NCBI GenBank assembly: GCA_018711995.1
Contig: DVHO01000030.1
Coordinates: 1 to 48,497, forward strand
Direction of reading: 5' to 3'
Source of the DNA: Candidatus Pelethousia gallinarum
Lineage (GTDB): Bacteria > Bacillota > Clostridia > Christensenellales > CAG-138
DNA: 48,497 nt
The notes below the pieces were generated by a model. That model worked only from the letters and a program-made list of their open reading frames with translations, had not been told where the DNA came from and did not search any database. Below are positions 39,730 through 48,497 of the stretch, one piece after another (the stretch's first letter is position 1; each line of letters starts with the position of its first letter). The position numbers were made by a program, and so were the translations under genes.

Positions 39730-42700
39730 ATGGAGCAACAGCCACATCCCCTGCTAGGGGTCCTTTCCCAACATCCGGAATATCAGCGGCTCTGTGAGGC
39801 CCTCGCAAAAGGCGAGGGCCCTTGCGGCGTATTCGGCCTGGCGGAGGGGAACCGGGGCCACATGGCCGCCGCCCTGGCCAGCGCTTTGGGCCGGCCTCTT
39901 TTGGTGGTCACCGCCAATGAGAGCGCCGCGGAAAAGCGCAGCGAGGAGATCGGCCGCTTTTTGCCCTGCCAGCACTTTCCTGCCCGGGACATTCCCCTTA
40001 CCGGCGCCTTTACCAGCTCCGAGGGCTTGGAGGCCCGCCGGGTGGCCGCCCTATGCCGCCTGGCCGGCGGCCAGGGCCGGGGCGCGGTGCTTTGCGCCTC
40101 CATGGAGGCGTTGATGCAGCGGCTTGCGCCTCCGGCGGTCTTTCTACAGCTGAGCCGCCAGGTATGCGCCGGGGACGTGATAGAGCCCCGCTCCCTCCTG
40201 GCCTCCCTGGTGGAGGCGGGCTATGTGCGGGGCGAGGTCTGCGAAAGCCCCGGCCAGGTCTGCCTCCGGGGCGGGTATCTGGACGTATATCCCATCGTGG
40301 CGGAATACCCGGTGCGCATCGAGTTCTTCGACGACGAGGTGGATACCCTGCGCACCTACGACCCCCTGACCCAGCGATCCCTGGAAAACATCTCCTCCGT
40401 GTTCCTGCCCCCGGCCTGCGAAATGCCCCTCACCCCCCAGGCGCGAAGCGCGGCCTGCAAGGCCCTGGCGGGCCGCCCGGGCCTGGAGGAAACCCTGGAA
40501 GCCCTACAGGCCGGCGGCACCCCGGAGGGGGCCCTCCGGCTCATGCCCCTGTTCTATCCCCAGGCCTATTCCCTGCTGGACTATATGCAGGACGGGGTCT
40601 TTCTGCTGGATGAACCCGCCCGGCTGGAGGAGAGCGGCAAGATCCTCTTCAGCCAATATCTGGACCAGTGCGCCGCCGCCATCCAGGCGGGAGAGGCCCA
40701 GCCTGAGCAGGGGGAAATGCTGGGCTCTCCCCTGCAGACCATCAAAGCCCTGGATACCCCCAGGACCGCTATGTTTTTCGCCCTGACCCGCAGCTATGGC
40801 CTCATTGGTATGAAGGCCCCCTTCCGCTTTGAGACCCGGCCCATCTCCCGGTATGTGGGGGATGAATCCCTCCTGTGCGAAGACCTTGCCGCCTGGCGCA
40901 AAAGCGGGGAAACCGTAGTAATCTATGCCGGCCCCCATGGGGAACGGCTGCGGCAGCGGTTGGCGGATCTGGATATGCAGCTGCCCTGCGTAGAGAGCTT
41001 GGACCGGGCCTTTGTCAAGGGGGAACAGATCATCCTGTGCCAGAGCCTGGAGCGAGGCTTTGCCTACAGCGAGCTGGGGCTTTCGGTGATCAGCGAGCGG
41101 GAGCTTTACGGGGACGTGGCCCGCCCGCCGAAAAAAGCCCGGCGCAAACGCCCCCAATTGGTCTTTTCCGAATTGAACGTGGGGGATCTGGTGGTCCATG
41201 AGCTCCACGGCATCGGCCGCTTTGTGGGGGTGGTGACCCTGACGGTGGACGGCGCCCCCCGGGATTACCTGCACCTGGTCTATGCCGGCGGGGATAAGCT
41301 CTACATCCCCACGGACCAGTTGGACCGGGTGCAAAAATACATCGGCGGCAAGGAGGACGACGGGGCCGCCGCCAAGCTCTCCAAGCTGGGCAGCGGCGAG
41401 TGGCAGCGCACCGTCTCCCGGACCCGGGAGGGGGTGAAAAAGCTGGCCTTCGACCTGGTGCGCCTATATGGGGAGCGCCAGCGGCGCAAGGGGTTCGCCT
41501 TTGCCCCGGACAACGCCTGGCAGCGCCGGCTGGAGGAGAGCTTCCCCTACGAGGAAACCCCGGACCAGCTCACCAGCATCCAGGAGATCAAAACGGATAT
41601 GGAAAGCGAACGGGTCATGGACCGGCTATTGTGCGGGGACGTGGGCTACGGCAAAACCGAGGTAGCCCTGCGGGCCGCCTTTAAGGCGGTGCTCTCCGGC
41701 AAGCAGGTGGCCATGCTGGTGCCCACCACCATCCTGGCCCAGCAGCACTATAATACCATCGCCGCCCGCTTTGCCGGCTTCCCGGTAAACGTGGCCCTCC
41801 TCTCCCGCTTCAAGACCCCCAAGCAGCAGGCGGAGATCCTGGAAGGGCTCAAGGCGGGCCGGGTGGATATGGTCATCGGCACCCACAAGCTGCTGGCCCC
41901 CGGGGTGCAGTTTAAGGACCTGGGCCTTTTGATCATCGACGAGGAGCAGCGCTTCGGGGTGGGCCACAAGGAGCAGATCAAAAACCTCAAGCGCAGCGTG
42001 GATGTGCTCACCCTGTCCGCTACCCCTATCCCCCGCACGCTGCATATGTCCATGTCCGGCATCCGGGATATGTCCGTCATCGAAACGCCCCCTGCCCAGC
42101 GCTATCCGGTGCAGACCTATGTGATGGAATACAGCGACGGGGTGGTGCGGGAGGCCATCCGCAAGGAGTTGGGCCGGGGCGGCCAGGTTTATTTCCTATA
42201 TAATCATGTGCGCACCATGGAATACTTTGCCGAATACCTCCGGGAGCTGGTCCCCGAGGCCCGCATCGCCTATGCCCACGGCCAGATGGGAGAACGAACC
42301 CTGGAAAAAACCATGCTGGATTTCCTGGAGCGGCAATACGATGTGCTGCTATGCTCCACCATCATCGAAAACGGGCTGGATATGCCCAACGTGAATACCA
42401 TCCTCATCTACGACGCGGATAAGATGGGTCTCTCCCAGCTCTACCAGCTCCGGGGCCGGGTGGGCCGCAGCGTGCGGCTGGGGTATGCATACCTGTTTTT
42501 CAAGCGGGATAAGGCCCTTTCCGAGGTGGCGGAAAAGCGGCTGATGGCCATACGGGAGTTTACCCAGTTTGGCTCGGGTTTCCGCATCGCCATGCGGGAT
42601 CTGGAGATCCGGGGCGCGGGCAACCTGCTGGGGCCGGAGCAAAGCGGCCACATGGAGGCGGTGGGCTACGACCTGTATTGCAAGATCATCAACGGCGCCC

Positions 42701-43194
42701 TGCGGGAAGCACGGGGCGAAAAGCCCCAAAAGGACATCGATACGGTCATGGAGCTGCCCCTGGCGGCCAGCATCCCCCATTCCTATATCCGCCGGGAGAC
42801 CGACCGGCTGGCCATGTACAAGCGCATCGCCCATATCTCCACCCAGGAGGAGCTCTACGACGTGCAGGATGAGCTGATCGACCGCTATGGGGAGATCCCT
42901 AAGCCGGTAGAAAATTTGCTGTTTATCGGCAAGCTCAAGTCGGACGCCCAGCGGGCCTATATCACCCGGATCCAGGTGCGGGACGGGGAGGCCAAGCTGC
43001 TCCTGGACCCCGAGGCGCCCATGGACGGCGCCAAGCTCTTCCAGGCCATCCAAGGGGTGGAAGGCGTCCAGTTCCGCCCCGGCGAACAGCCTGTTTTGCT
43101 CCTGCATAGGCCCAAACAGGACGCCGCCGCCATTTGCCGGAGCCTGCCACAGATTGTTTACATGCTGGGCGATTGCATTCAGCCGGAGACATGA
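39730..43194 (+). CDS. mfd: Transcription-repair coupling factor
   Basis: 1154 aa. It has a CarD-like segment (VGDLVVHELHGIGRFVG) and superfamily-2 helicase motifs (LLCGDVGYGKTEVALRAAF, IIDEEQRFGV, LTLSATPIPRTL, QLRGRVGR). It sits immediately after pth, as in Firmicutes. Confidence 0.95.
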   Translation: MEQQPHPLLGVLSQHPEYQRLCEALAKGEGPCGVFGLAEGNRGHMAAALASALGRPLLVVTANESAAEKRSEEIGRFLPCQHFPARDIPLTGAFTSSEGLEARRVAALCRLAGGQGRGAVLCASMEALMQRLAPPAVFLQLSRQVCAGDVIEPRSLLASLVEAGYVRGEVCESPGQVCLRGGYLDVYPIVAEYPVRIEFFDDEVDTLRTYDPLTQRSLENISSVFLPPACEMPLTPQARSAACKALAGRPGLEETLEALQAGGTPEGALRLMPLFYPQAYSLLDYMQDGVFLLDEPARLEESGKILFSQYLDQCAAAIQAGEAQPEQGEMLGSPLQTIKALDTPRTAMFFALTRSYGLIGMKAPFRFETRPISRYVGDESLLCEDLAAWRKSGETVVIYAGPHGERLRQRLADLDMQLPCVESLDRAFVKGEQIILCQSLERGFAYSELGLSVISERELYGDVARPPKKARRKRPQLVFSELNVGDLVVHELHGIGRFVGVVTLTVDGAPRDYLHLVYAGGDKLYIPTDQLDRVQKYIGGKEDDGAAAKLSKLGSGEWQRTVSRTREGVKKLAFDLVRLYGERQRRKGFAFAPDNAWQRRLEESFPYEETPDQLTSIQEIKTDMESERVMDRLLCGDVGYGKTEVALRAAFKAVLSGKQVAMLVPTTILAQQHYNTIAARFAGFPVNVALLSRFKTPKQQAEILEGLKAGRVDMVIGTHKLLAPGVQFKDLGLLIIDEEQRFGVGHKEQIKNLKRSVDVLTLSATPIPRTLHMSMSGIRDMSVIETPPAQRYPVQTYVMEYSDGVVREAIRKELGRGGQVYFLYNHVRTMEYFAEYLRELVPEARIAYAHGQMGERTLEKTMLDFLERQYDVLLCSTIIENGLDMPNVNTILIYDADKMGLSQLYQLRGRVGRSVRLGYAYLFFKRDKALSEVAEKRLMAIREFTQFGSGFRIAMRDLEIRGAGNLLGPEQSGHMEAVGYDLYCKIINGALREARGEKPQKDIDTVMELPLAASIPHSYIRRETDRLAMYKRIAHISTQEELYDVQDELIDRYGEIPKPVENLLFIGKLKSDAQRAYITRIQVRDGEAKLLLDPEAPMDGAKLFQAIQGVEGVQFRPGEQPVLLLHRPKQDAAAICRSLPQIVYMLGDCIQPET

Positions 43195-43251
43195 TATAAT
43201 GAAAAAGTATGTGGCTTTGCCCATACCCAATACGTTAAAATGGAGAAAAGC

Positions 43252-44661
43252 ATGAAAAAGATTTTTGCCCTGACCCTTGCGGCCCTGCTGCTCGTCAGCA
43301 TCTTCGCGGGCTGCTCCCTTTCCCCCCAGACCAGCGAGAGCCAAGTGAATGTGCCGGTGGTAACGGACATCGACCGGGAAGCGGTGGTGGCCACCGTAGG
43401 GGACAAGACCGTCACCATGGGAGACTATATCGACCTGTTTGACAGCTATGCTTCCTACTACACCAGCTATGGCTACGACCTGTATTCCGATCCTGCCGCT
43501 TTGGAGGAATTCCAGGATTTCGTCATCGACATCCTGGTGGAGGAGCAGGTCATCGCCTATCAGGCGGAGCAGTCCGGCTTTAGCGAGCTGAGCGCTGAAA
43601 AGCTAGAAGAGGTGGAGTCCAAAGTCAACGAGGAGCTGGAATATCTAATGAGCACCTACCGGCCCCAGGCGGAAGAGGAAGCTGCGGCGGATCCTTCCAT
43701 TGATGTGGAAGCCCGCACCAAGGAGCTGGTGGAAGCCGAAAGCGAATTTTACACCGGCAAGGCCATGAGCTACGATGAGTTTGTAGAATGGATCCGGGAA
43801 TACTATACCGAGACCGCCATCAGCGAAATGTTCCGGGAGGACGCCCTCAAGGATATCACCGTAAGCGACGAGGCCATCCAGGAGTGGTATGACAGCAACC
43901 TGGAATCCCAGACCACCACCTATACGGAAAACGGCGGCGCCTACAAGGATGACCAGGAGAGCTACGAAAAATACGGCGGTACCCCGGTGCTGTACGTGCC
44001 GGAAGGCTATAGCCGGGTGCTGCATATCCTCATCGCGCCGGAAGAGCTGCCCAGCGACGAATATCAGACCAAGATCACCGATATGGATACCTTAGCCGCA
44101 GAATATGGCGAGCTGGCCTTTGACGCCGCCCTCAGCGGCCAGGAGAACCCCCGCCTGGCGGAGATCCTTTCCCAGTACCGGACGCTGGAATCCGAGGCCA
44201 ACGCCCTAGAAACCGCACGGATGGCAGACTCCCTGGCTACCGCCAACGACCTGTACAGCCAGCTGGAAGCCGGGGCGGATTTCGCCACCCTGATGATGGA
44301 AAATACCCAGGACAACGCCATCCTGAGCTTTGATGCCATCGCCTCCAAGGGGCTTTTGATCAGCAACCAGTACGAGAGCGAGGTGGATTGGTCCAAGGAG
44401 GTCAAGACCGCTTTCGCTACCCTGCAAATGGGCCAGTACAGCCAGGTGATCCAGGACGACGAAGGCTGCCATATCCTCTACTACCTGTCGGATGAGCCCG
44501 CCGGCGCGGTGGCCCTGGACGACGTCAAGGACGGCATTTCCGCCCTGCTGTTGGCGGATCTGGAAAACCAGGAGTGGACCGCCATGCTGGATACCTGGAA
44601 GAACGACGGCACGGTGGAGATCGACGAGGAACTGGTGCGCTCCTATGGCGCCGCCGCCTGA
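43252..44661 (+). CDS. PrsA/SurA-like lipoprotein (putative peptidyl-prolyl isomerase/foldase)
   Basis: I prefer the ATG at 43252 (GGAG 5 nt upstream); the track ORF starts at 43240. Lipobox LLLVSIFAGC. The C-terminal parvulin-like segment is LEAGADFATLMMENTQD...GQYSQVIQDDEGCHILYY. The position after mfd is typical for Clostridia. Confidence 0.65.
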   Translation: MKKIFALTLAALLLVSIFAGCSLSPQTSESQVNVPVVTDIDREAVVATVGDKTVTMGDYIDLFDSYASYYTSYGYDLYSDPAALEEFQDFVIDILVEEQVIAYQAEQSGFSELSAEKLEEVESKVNEELEYLMSTYRPQAEEEAAADPSIDVEARTKELVEAESEFYTGKAMSYDEFVEWIREYYTETAISEMFREDALKDITVSDEAIQEWYDSNLESQTTTYTENGGAYKDDQESYEKYGGTPVLYVPEGYSRVLHILIAPEELPSDEYQTKITDMDTLAAEYGELAFDAALSGQENPRLAEILSQYRTLESEANALETARMADSLATANDLYSQLEAGADFATLMMENTQDNAILSFDAIASKGLLISNQYESEVDWSKEVKTAFATLQMGQYSQVIQDDEGCHILYYLSDEPAGAVALDDVKDGISALLLADLENQEWTAMLDTWKNDGTVEIDEELVRSYGAAA

Positions 44662-44689
44662 TGTCCGCCAGCTTACACGGATTCCCCAA

Positions 44690-44716
44690 GGGAAGGCAAC
44701 CTGCCTTCCCTTTTTC
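44690..44716 (+). terminator. Rho-independent terminator
   Basis: gggaaggca/acc/tgccttccc followed by TTTTT. Confidence 0.75.
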
Positions 44717-44925
44717 GTTGGCCGCCATAGAGGCTGGATGCCGTCTTCCCCGGGTCAGCAAATGGCTTCGGCAGCGGTTCCTCATCCGGCTGGCTGTGTA
44801 ACTGGCCTGTTTCCCCGCCCATTGCTCCAGTTCTTAGACCGCCCTCGTTTTTTCCTGGGAAATATGGTATGATTACTTTCAGCATAGGCATTGCCTACAT
44901 CATTTTTAGAGCAAAGGAGGCCCAT

Positions 44926-45177
44926 ATGCGGCTGGATAAATATTTAAAGGTTTCCCGGGTCATCAAACGGCGCACTGTGGCCAACGAGGCCTGCGACCTG
45001 GGCCGAGTCCAGATCAACGGCAAGGTGGCCAAGGCTTCCGCCGAGGTGAAGGAAGGGGATGTGCTCACGGTGCTGCTGGGGGGCAAGCAATTGCGGTTGC
45101 AGGTGCTGTCCGTACAGGAGCACGCCCTCAAGGCGGATGCCGCGGGTATGTACAAGATCCTGGAGGGCGAAGGGTGA
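44926..45177 (+). CDS. yabO: S4-domain RNA-binding protein (YabO-like)
   Basis: Start at ATG 44926 with AAAGGAGG upstream. MRLDKYLKVSRVIKRRTVANEACDLGRVQINGKVAKASAEVKEGD closely follows the B. subtilis YabO pattern. Confidence 0.8.
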   Translation: MRLDKYLKVSRVIKRRTVANEACDLGRVQINGKVAKASAEVKEGDVLTVLLGGKQLRLQVLSVQEHALKADAAGMYKILEGEG

Positions 45178-46316
45178 AAGATACCTCTGTGATCCTGCTG
45201 GCCGCCGGCGCTTCCAGCCGGATGGGCCAGCCGAAGCTGGCCTTGCCCTTCGGCGGCCGCACCGCCTTGGAGCACGCCCTGCTGGCCTTTTTGCAGGTGG
45301 AAGATTCCCCCGTGCTGGAGATCATCCTGGCGGTTTCCCCCCAGACCCAGGACCTGGCTGCTGGGCTAGCCAACCAGTACGGCGCCCTGCTGCCCATCCG
45401 GGTCTGTATGGGGGGCGCCACCCGGGGGGATTCGGTGTTCCAGGCCCTACAGCTGGCCCGGGGGGATGTGGTATGCATCCACGATGGGGCCCGGTGCCTG
45501 GTGAGCTGGTCGGTGATCCAAGCCAGCATCCAGGCCGCCCGCGCCCAAGGTAGCGGCGTGGCCGCCATCCCCTGTCGGGATACCCTATGGCAAGCGGACG
45601 GGGCCGCTACCCTCCCCCGGGAGGGGTTCTGTGCGGCCCAGACCCCCCAGTCCTTTTCCCGGGCCCGGCTTGTAGCCGCCTACGAAGATGCCCAAAAAGC
45701 AGGGGTTGCCGCCACCGACGACGCGGCCATCTACAGCCGGTTATACGGCCCCGTGACCTTCAGCGCCGGGGACTTGGCCAATCAAAAGCTCACCGTCCCC
45801 GAGGATATCCCCCTGTTTGCCACCCTGCTCTCCCCCCCCGCCCCTCGTCTGGGCTATGGGGAGGATACCCACCGGCTGGTGGCAGGCCGGCCCCTGGTGC
45901 TGGGCGGGGTGACCATCCCCTTTCACCTGGGGCTGCTGGGACATTCCGATGCGGACGCCCTGGCCCATGCCGCCATGGACGCCATGTTGGGGGCCTGCGC
46001 CCTGGGGGATATCGGCAAGCTGTTCCCGGATACGGACCCCCAATACGCCGGGATTTGTTCCTTGACCTTGCTAACCCAGGTCCTGCGCCGCACCCTGGCC
46101 CAGGGGTATGCCCTTAGCAACCTGGACGCCACCATCGTGGCCCAGCAGCCCAAGCTGGCCCCCCACATTCCCGCCATGCGGGCCAAGCTGGCCGCCGCTA
46201 TGGCCTGCGGCCAGGAGCGGATCAGCATCAAAGCCACCACCCCGGAAGGCTGCGGGCCGGAAGGGGCGCTGGAATCCATCACCGTGCGCTGCGTGTGCAG
46301 CATGGAGGCAATATGA
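45174..46316 (+). CDS. ispDF: Bifunctional IspD/IspF (MEP cytidylyltransferase / MEcPP synthase)
   Basis: 380 aa with a GTG start overlapping the yabO stop (GTGA). IspD motif LLAAGASSRMGQPK. IspF motifs GYGEDTHRL and GHSDADALAHAAMDAMLGA. Confidence 0.9.
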   Translation: MKDTSVILLAAGASSRMGQPKLALPFGGRTALEHALLAFLQVEDSPVLEIILAVSPQTQDLAAGLANQYGALLPIRVCMGGATRGDSVFQALQLARGDVVCIHDGARCLVSWSVIQASIQAARAQGSGVAAIPCRDTLWQADGAATLPREGFCAAQTPQSFSRARLVAAYEDAQKAGVAATDDAAIYSRLYGPVTFSAGDLANQKLTVPEDIPLFATLLSPPAPRLGYGEDTHRLVAGRPLVLGGVTIPFHLGLLGHSDADALAHAAMDAMLGACALGDIGKLFPDTDPQYAGICSLTLLTQVLRRTLAQGYALSNLDATIVAQQPKLAPHIPAMRAKLAAAMACGQERISIKATTPEGCGPEGALESITVRCVCSMEAI

Positions 46317-47770
46317 CAAACCATCCCACCATCACCATCGCTCCCCTATCCATCCCCGGGGCCATGAGCCAGGCCGCCTGGCGCTGCATCCAGCAGGCGG
46401 ACGCCCTGTTTTTGCAGACCGACCAAAGCCCCTGCGCCCGGCCTGTGCTGGATGCGGGGCTGGCCTACCGCTCCATGGACGACCTGTACGCTTCCGCCCA
46501 GGACTTCGATCAGCTGAACCAAGCCATCGCCCGGCGGCTGTGTGAAGCCGGAGACGGGGCGGTGTACGCGGTATGCGGCGGCGGCATGGGAGACGGGGCC
46601 CTGCAAGCCCTATTGGCAGCCGCCCAGGCGGAGGGATTGTCCGTTCGCCAGCTGCCCGGCGCGGGCTTTGGGGCAAGCGCCCTTTGCGCCCTGCCGCAAG
46701 CCCTGCCGGTTTCCGGCATGACCCTTTGCACGGCCTATGACCTGCCTGCCAGTTTGGACCCCTACCATACCCTGTGCATCGAGGATGTGGATACCCCCCT
46801 CACCGCTGGGGATGTAAAGCTGGCCCTGGGGGAATATTATCCCGACGAATACCTTCTGTGGTTCTGCGTCTTGGGCGAGGACGGCTACCATTGCCGCCAA
46901 CTGCCCCTGTTGGAGCTGGACCGGCAGCGGGATTATGCAGCCGGGGCCTGCGCCATCCTGCCCCCGGCCCAACCCAGCCAACTGACCCGCAAAAGCGTGG
47001 ACGACCTGATGGCGGTAATGACCCGCCTCCGGGGCCCCGGCGGCTGCCCCTGGGATGCGGAACAGACCCATCTCTCCCTCCGGGGCTCCCTCATTGAGGA
47101 AGCTTATGAGGTGCTGGACGCCCTGGAGCGGGAGGACGACGACGCCCTTTGCGAGGAGCTGGGGGACCTGCTGCTGCAAATCGCCTTCCATGCCCTCATT
47201 GCCCAGGAGCAGGGCGCCTTTACCCTGCGGGATGTGAGCACCGGCATCGTAAACAAGCTGATTTTCCGGCATCCCCATGTTTTTGGTTCCGTGCATGTAA
47301 ACTCCAGCAATGAGGTAAAATACAACTGGGAGCAGCTAAAGCGCCAGGAAAAGCATCAGGCCACCGTGGCCCAGGCCATGGATGCCGTACCCCGTGCTTT
47401 CCCCGCCCTGATGCGCAGCGCCAAGGTGCAAAAAAAGGCGGCGCAGGTGGGGTTTGATTGGTCGGACCCCAGGGACGCCATGAAAAAGCTGCCCGAGGAA
47501 ACCGCGGAGCTGCTGGAGGCTATGGAGCGCCAGGACCCCGCCGCCATGGACGAGGAGATGGGCGACCTGCTCTTTGCGGCGGTCAACGTGATACGGCTGC
47601 TGGGCCGTGACCCGGAGGCCATGCTCCACAAGGCTACGGATAAGTTTATGACCCGTTTTTCCGCCATGGAAGCCCTGGTCTTGGCGGATGGAAAGGCGCT
47701 TTCCAACATGACGTTGGAAGAAATGGACGCCTATTGGGACAGCGTTAAGGCAAAACTGCAAAAAATTTAG
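46313..47770 (+). CDS. mazG: MazG-family NTP pyrophosphohydrolase with N-terminal methylase-like domain (YabN-type)
   Basis: I prefer the ATG at 46313 (GGAGG upstream, ATGA overlap with the ispDF stop). MazG repeats: CPWDAEQTHLSLRGSLIEEAYEVLDALE...ELGDLLLQIAF, and a second EEMGDLLFAAVNVIR. Confidence 0.85.
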   Translation: MTNHPTITIAPLSIPGAMSQAAWRCIQQADALFLQTDQSPCARPVLDAGLAYRSMDDLYASAQDFDQLNQAIARRLCEAGDGAVYAVCGGGMGDGALQALLAAAQAEGLSVRQLPGAGFGASALCALPQALPVSGMTLCTAYDLPASLDPYHTLCIEDVDTPLTAGDVKLALGEYYPDEYLLWFCVLGEDGYHCRQLPLLELDRQRDYAAGACAILPPAQPSQLTRKSVDDLMAVMTRLRGPGGCPWDAEQTHLSLRGSLIEEAYEVLDALEREDDDALCEELGDLLLQIAFHALIAQEQGAFTLRDVSTGIVNKLIFRHPHVFGSVHVNSSNEVKYNWEQLKRQEKHQATVAQAMDAVPRAFPALMRSAKVQKKAAQVGFDWSDPRDAMKKLPEETAELLEAMERQDPAAMDEEMGDLLFAAVNVIRLLGRDPEAMLHKATDKFMTRFSAMEALVLADGKALSNMTLEEMDAYWDSVKAKLQKI

Positions 47771-47878
47771 GTGTACAGGGCTTTTTTTCTAAAAAAGGGC
47801 TTGCCCTGCTGGGTAAACCTTGATACAATAGACGAGGATTTTGACCCGATTTACTTTGATTTTACTAGGAGGTATACC

Positions 47879-48151
47879 ATGAACAAAACCGAACTGATCG
47901 CGGCCGTTGCCGAAAAGAGCGCCCTCTCCAAGAAGGATGCCGAAAAGGCCGTATCCGCTGTTCTTTCTACCATCACCGAGACCCTCAAGGCTGGCGAAAA
48001 GGTTCAGCTGGTGGGCTTTGGCATGTTTGAAGTGCGGGAGCGTCCCGCCCATAAGGGCCATAACCCCATGACCGGCGCCGAGATCCAGATCGCTGCCAGC
48101 AAGGCCCCCGCTTTCAAGGCCGGTAAGGCTTTCAAAGAGGCCCTAAACTAA
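47879..48151 (+). CDS. hup: HU-family DNA-binding protein
   Basis: Start at ATG 47879 with AGGAGG upstream. [13 protein letters not shown]...[48 protein letters not shown] is canonical HU. Confidence 0.9.
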   Translation: MNKTELIAAVAEKSALSKKDAEKAVSAVLSTITETLKAGEKVQLVGFGMFEVRERPAHKGHNPMTGAEIQIAASKAPAFKAGKAFKEALN

Positions 48152-48169
48152 TTTCCCTACAACCCGTTT

Positions 48170-48198
48170 AAACCGCCTACCCTTGGGTAGGCGGTTTC
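48170..48198 (+). terminator. Rho-independent terminator after hup
   Basis: aaaccgcctac/ccttgg/gtaggcggttt followed by c. Confidence 0.7.
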
Positions 48199-48201
48199 AG
48201 T

Positions 48202-48497
48202 CTGTCGAAAAAGTGGCGCAAGCCACTTTTTCGAGGTTTTTATAGCTCCCTTGCGCCTACGGCGCGGCCAGGGAGCTATGCAGGGAAACCCTTGCTACGC
48301 AAGGCTTTTTGCGGATTTGACGCGCACCCCCCAGGGGGCCTTCTCTTGTCCCTTCGGGACAATTCACCTTGTGTCGCCAAATCCGATTATAGCCTCCGGG
48401 GGGCAAAGCCGAGCGCCGCCAGTGGCGGGAGAAGCGAGGCGGAAGCCCAGTGAGCAAGGGAGCGCCAGGAAGGCCCCACGGGCCGACGCAGCGCGAC
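48202..48497 (-). repeat. Hairpin-rich dispersed repeat element, copy B (inverted relative to copy A, truncated by the window end)
   Basis: Its reverse complement aligns base-for-base with 34126-34421. Confidence 0.85.

Noticed and set aside
34077-48497. Inverted repeat pair as the ends of a composite transposon or mobile island
   Set aside because: The enclosed DNA contains core housekeeping genes in conserved Firmicute order (pth, mfd, yabO, ispDF, mazG, hup) and no transposase, integrase or recombinase. The repeats are more likely independent insertions of a small dispersed element.

Overview
High-GC, Firmicutes/Clostridia-like chromosomal window. The taxon is inferred only from gene content and order (pth-mfd-prsA-like-yabO-mazG/yabN-hup, sortase-type surface proteins, riboswitch-controlled gcv operon). 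It is almost fully coding and falls into five blocks. (1) 1-15.8 kb: a PucR-associated nucleobase/N-heterocycle catabolic island. It holds a carbamate kinase tail, a PucR regulator, an unknown 219-aa protein, a thiolase-fold protein that appears to lack the catalytic cysteines plus its DUF35 partner, FdrA, DUF1116 (YlbE-like), a cyclase/kynurenine-formamidase-fold hydrolase, a three-subunit molybdenum hydroxylase, an NCS2 uracil/xanthine-type permease with an in-frame TAG, and DUF2877 (YlbF-like). I consider this the best candidate for an undescribed pathway. (2) 15.8-23.5 kb: a tandem glycine riboswitch with terminator, followed by a glycine-cleavage operon whose T protein is fused to an SHMT-like domain, then gcvH, gcvPA, gcvPB and lpdA. 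(3) 23.7-34 kb: an orphan 370-aa protein and a seven-gene minus-strand signalling operon with three FHA proteins, two PP2C phosphatases and two Ser/Thr kinases. It includes an extracytoplasmic trypsin-like protease-TM-FHA protein, a DUF805-FHA fusion and a 1156-aa kinase with a large repetitive ectodomain. (4) 34-39 kb: a small XRE regulator and two paralogous cell-wall-anchored proteins built from an unrecognised ~120-aa Cys-containing repeat, with LSIP(S/R)TGD sorting signals. (5) 39-48.2 kb: housekeeping genes pth, mfd, a PrsA-like lipoprotein, yabO, ispDF, mazG/yabN and hup. Two near-identical inverted copies of a ~300-345 bp hairpin-rich repeat sit at 34.1 kb and at the right window edge. 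I saw no rRNA, tRNA, CRISPR array, transposase or integrase. Most long antisense ORFs in the track are GC-bias artefacts. All family calls are by-eye motif recognition; no searches were run.
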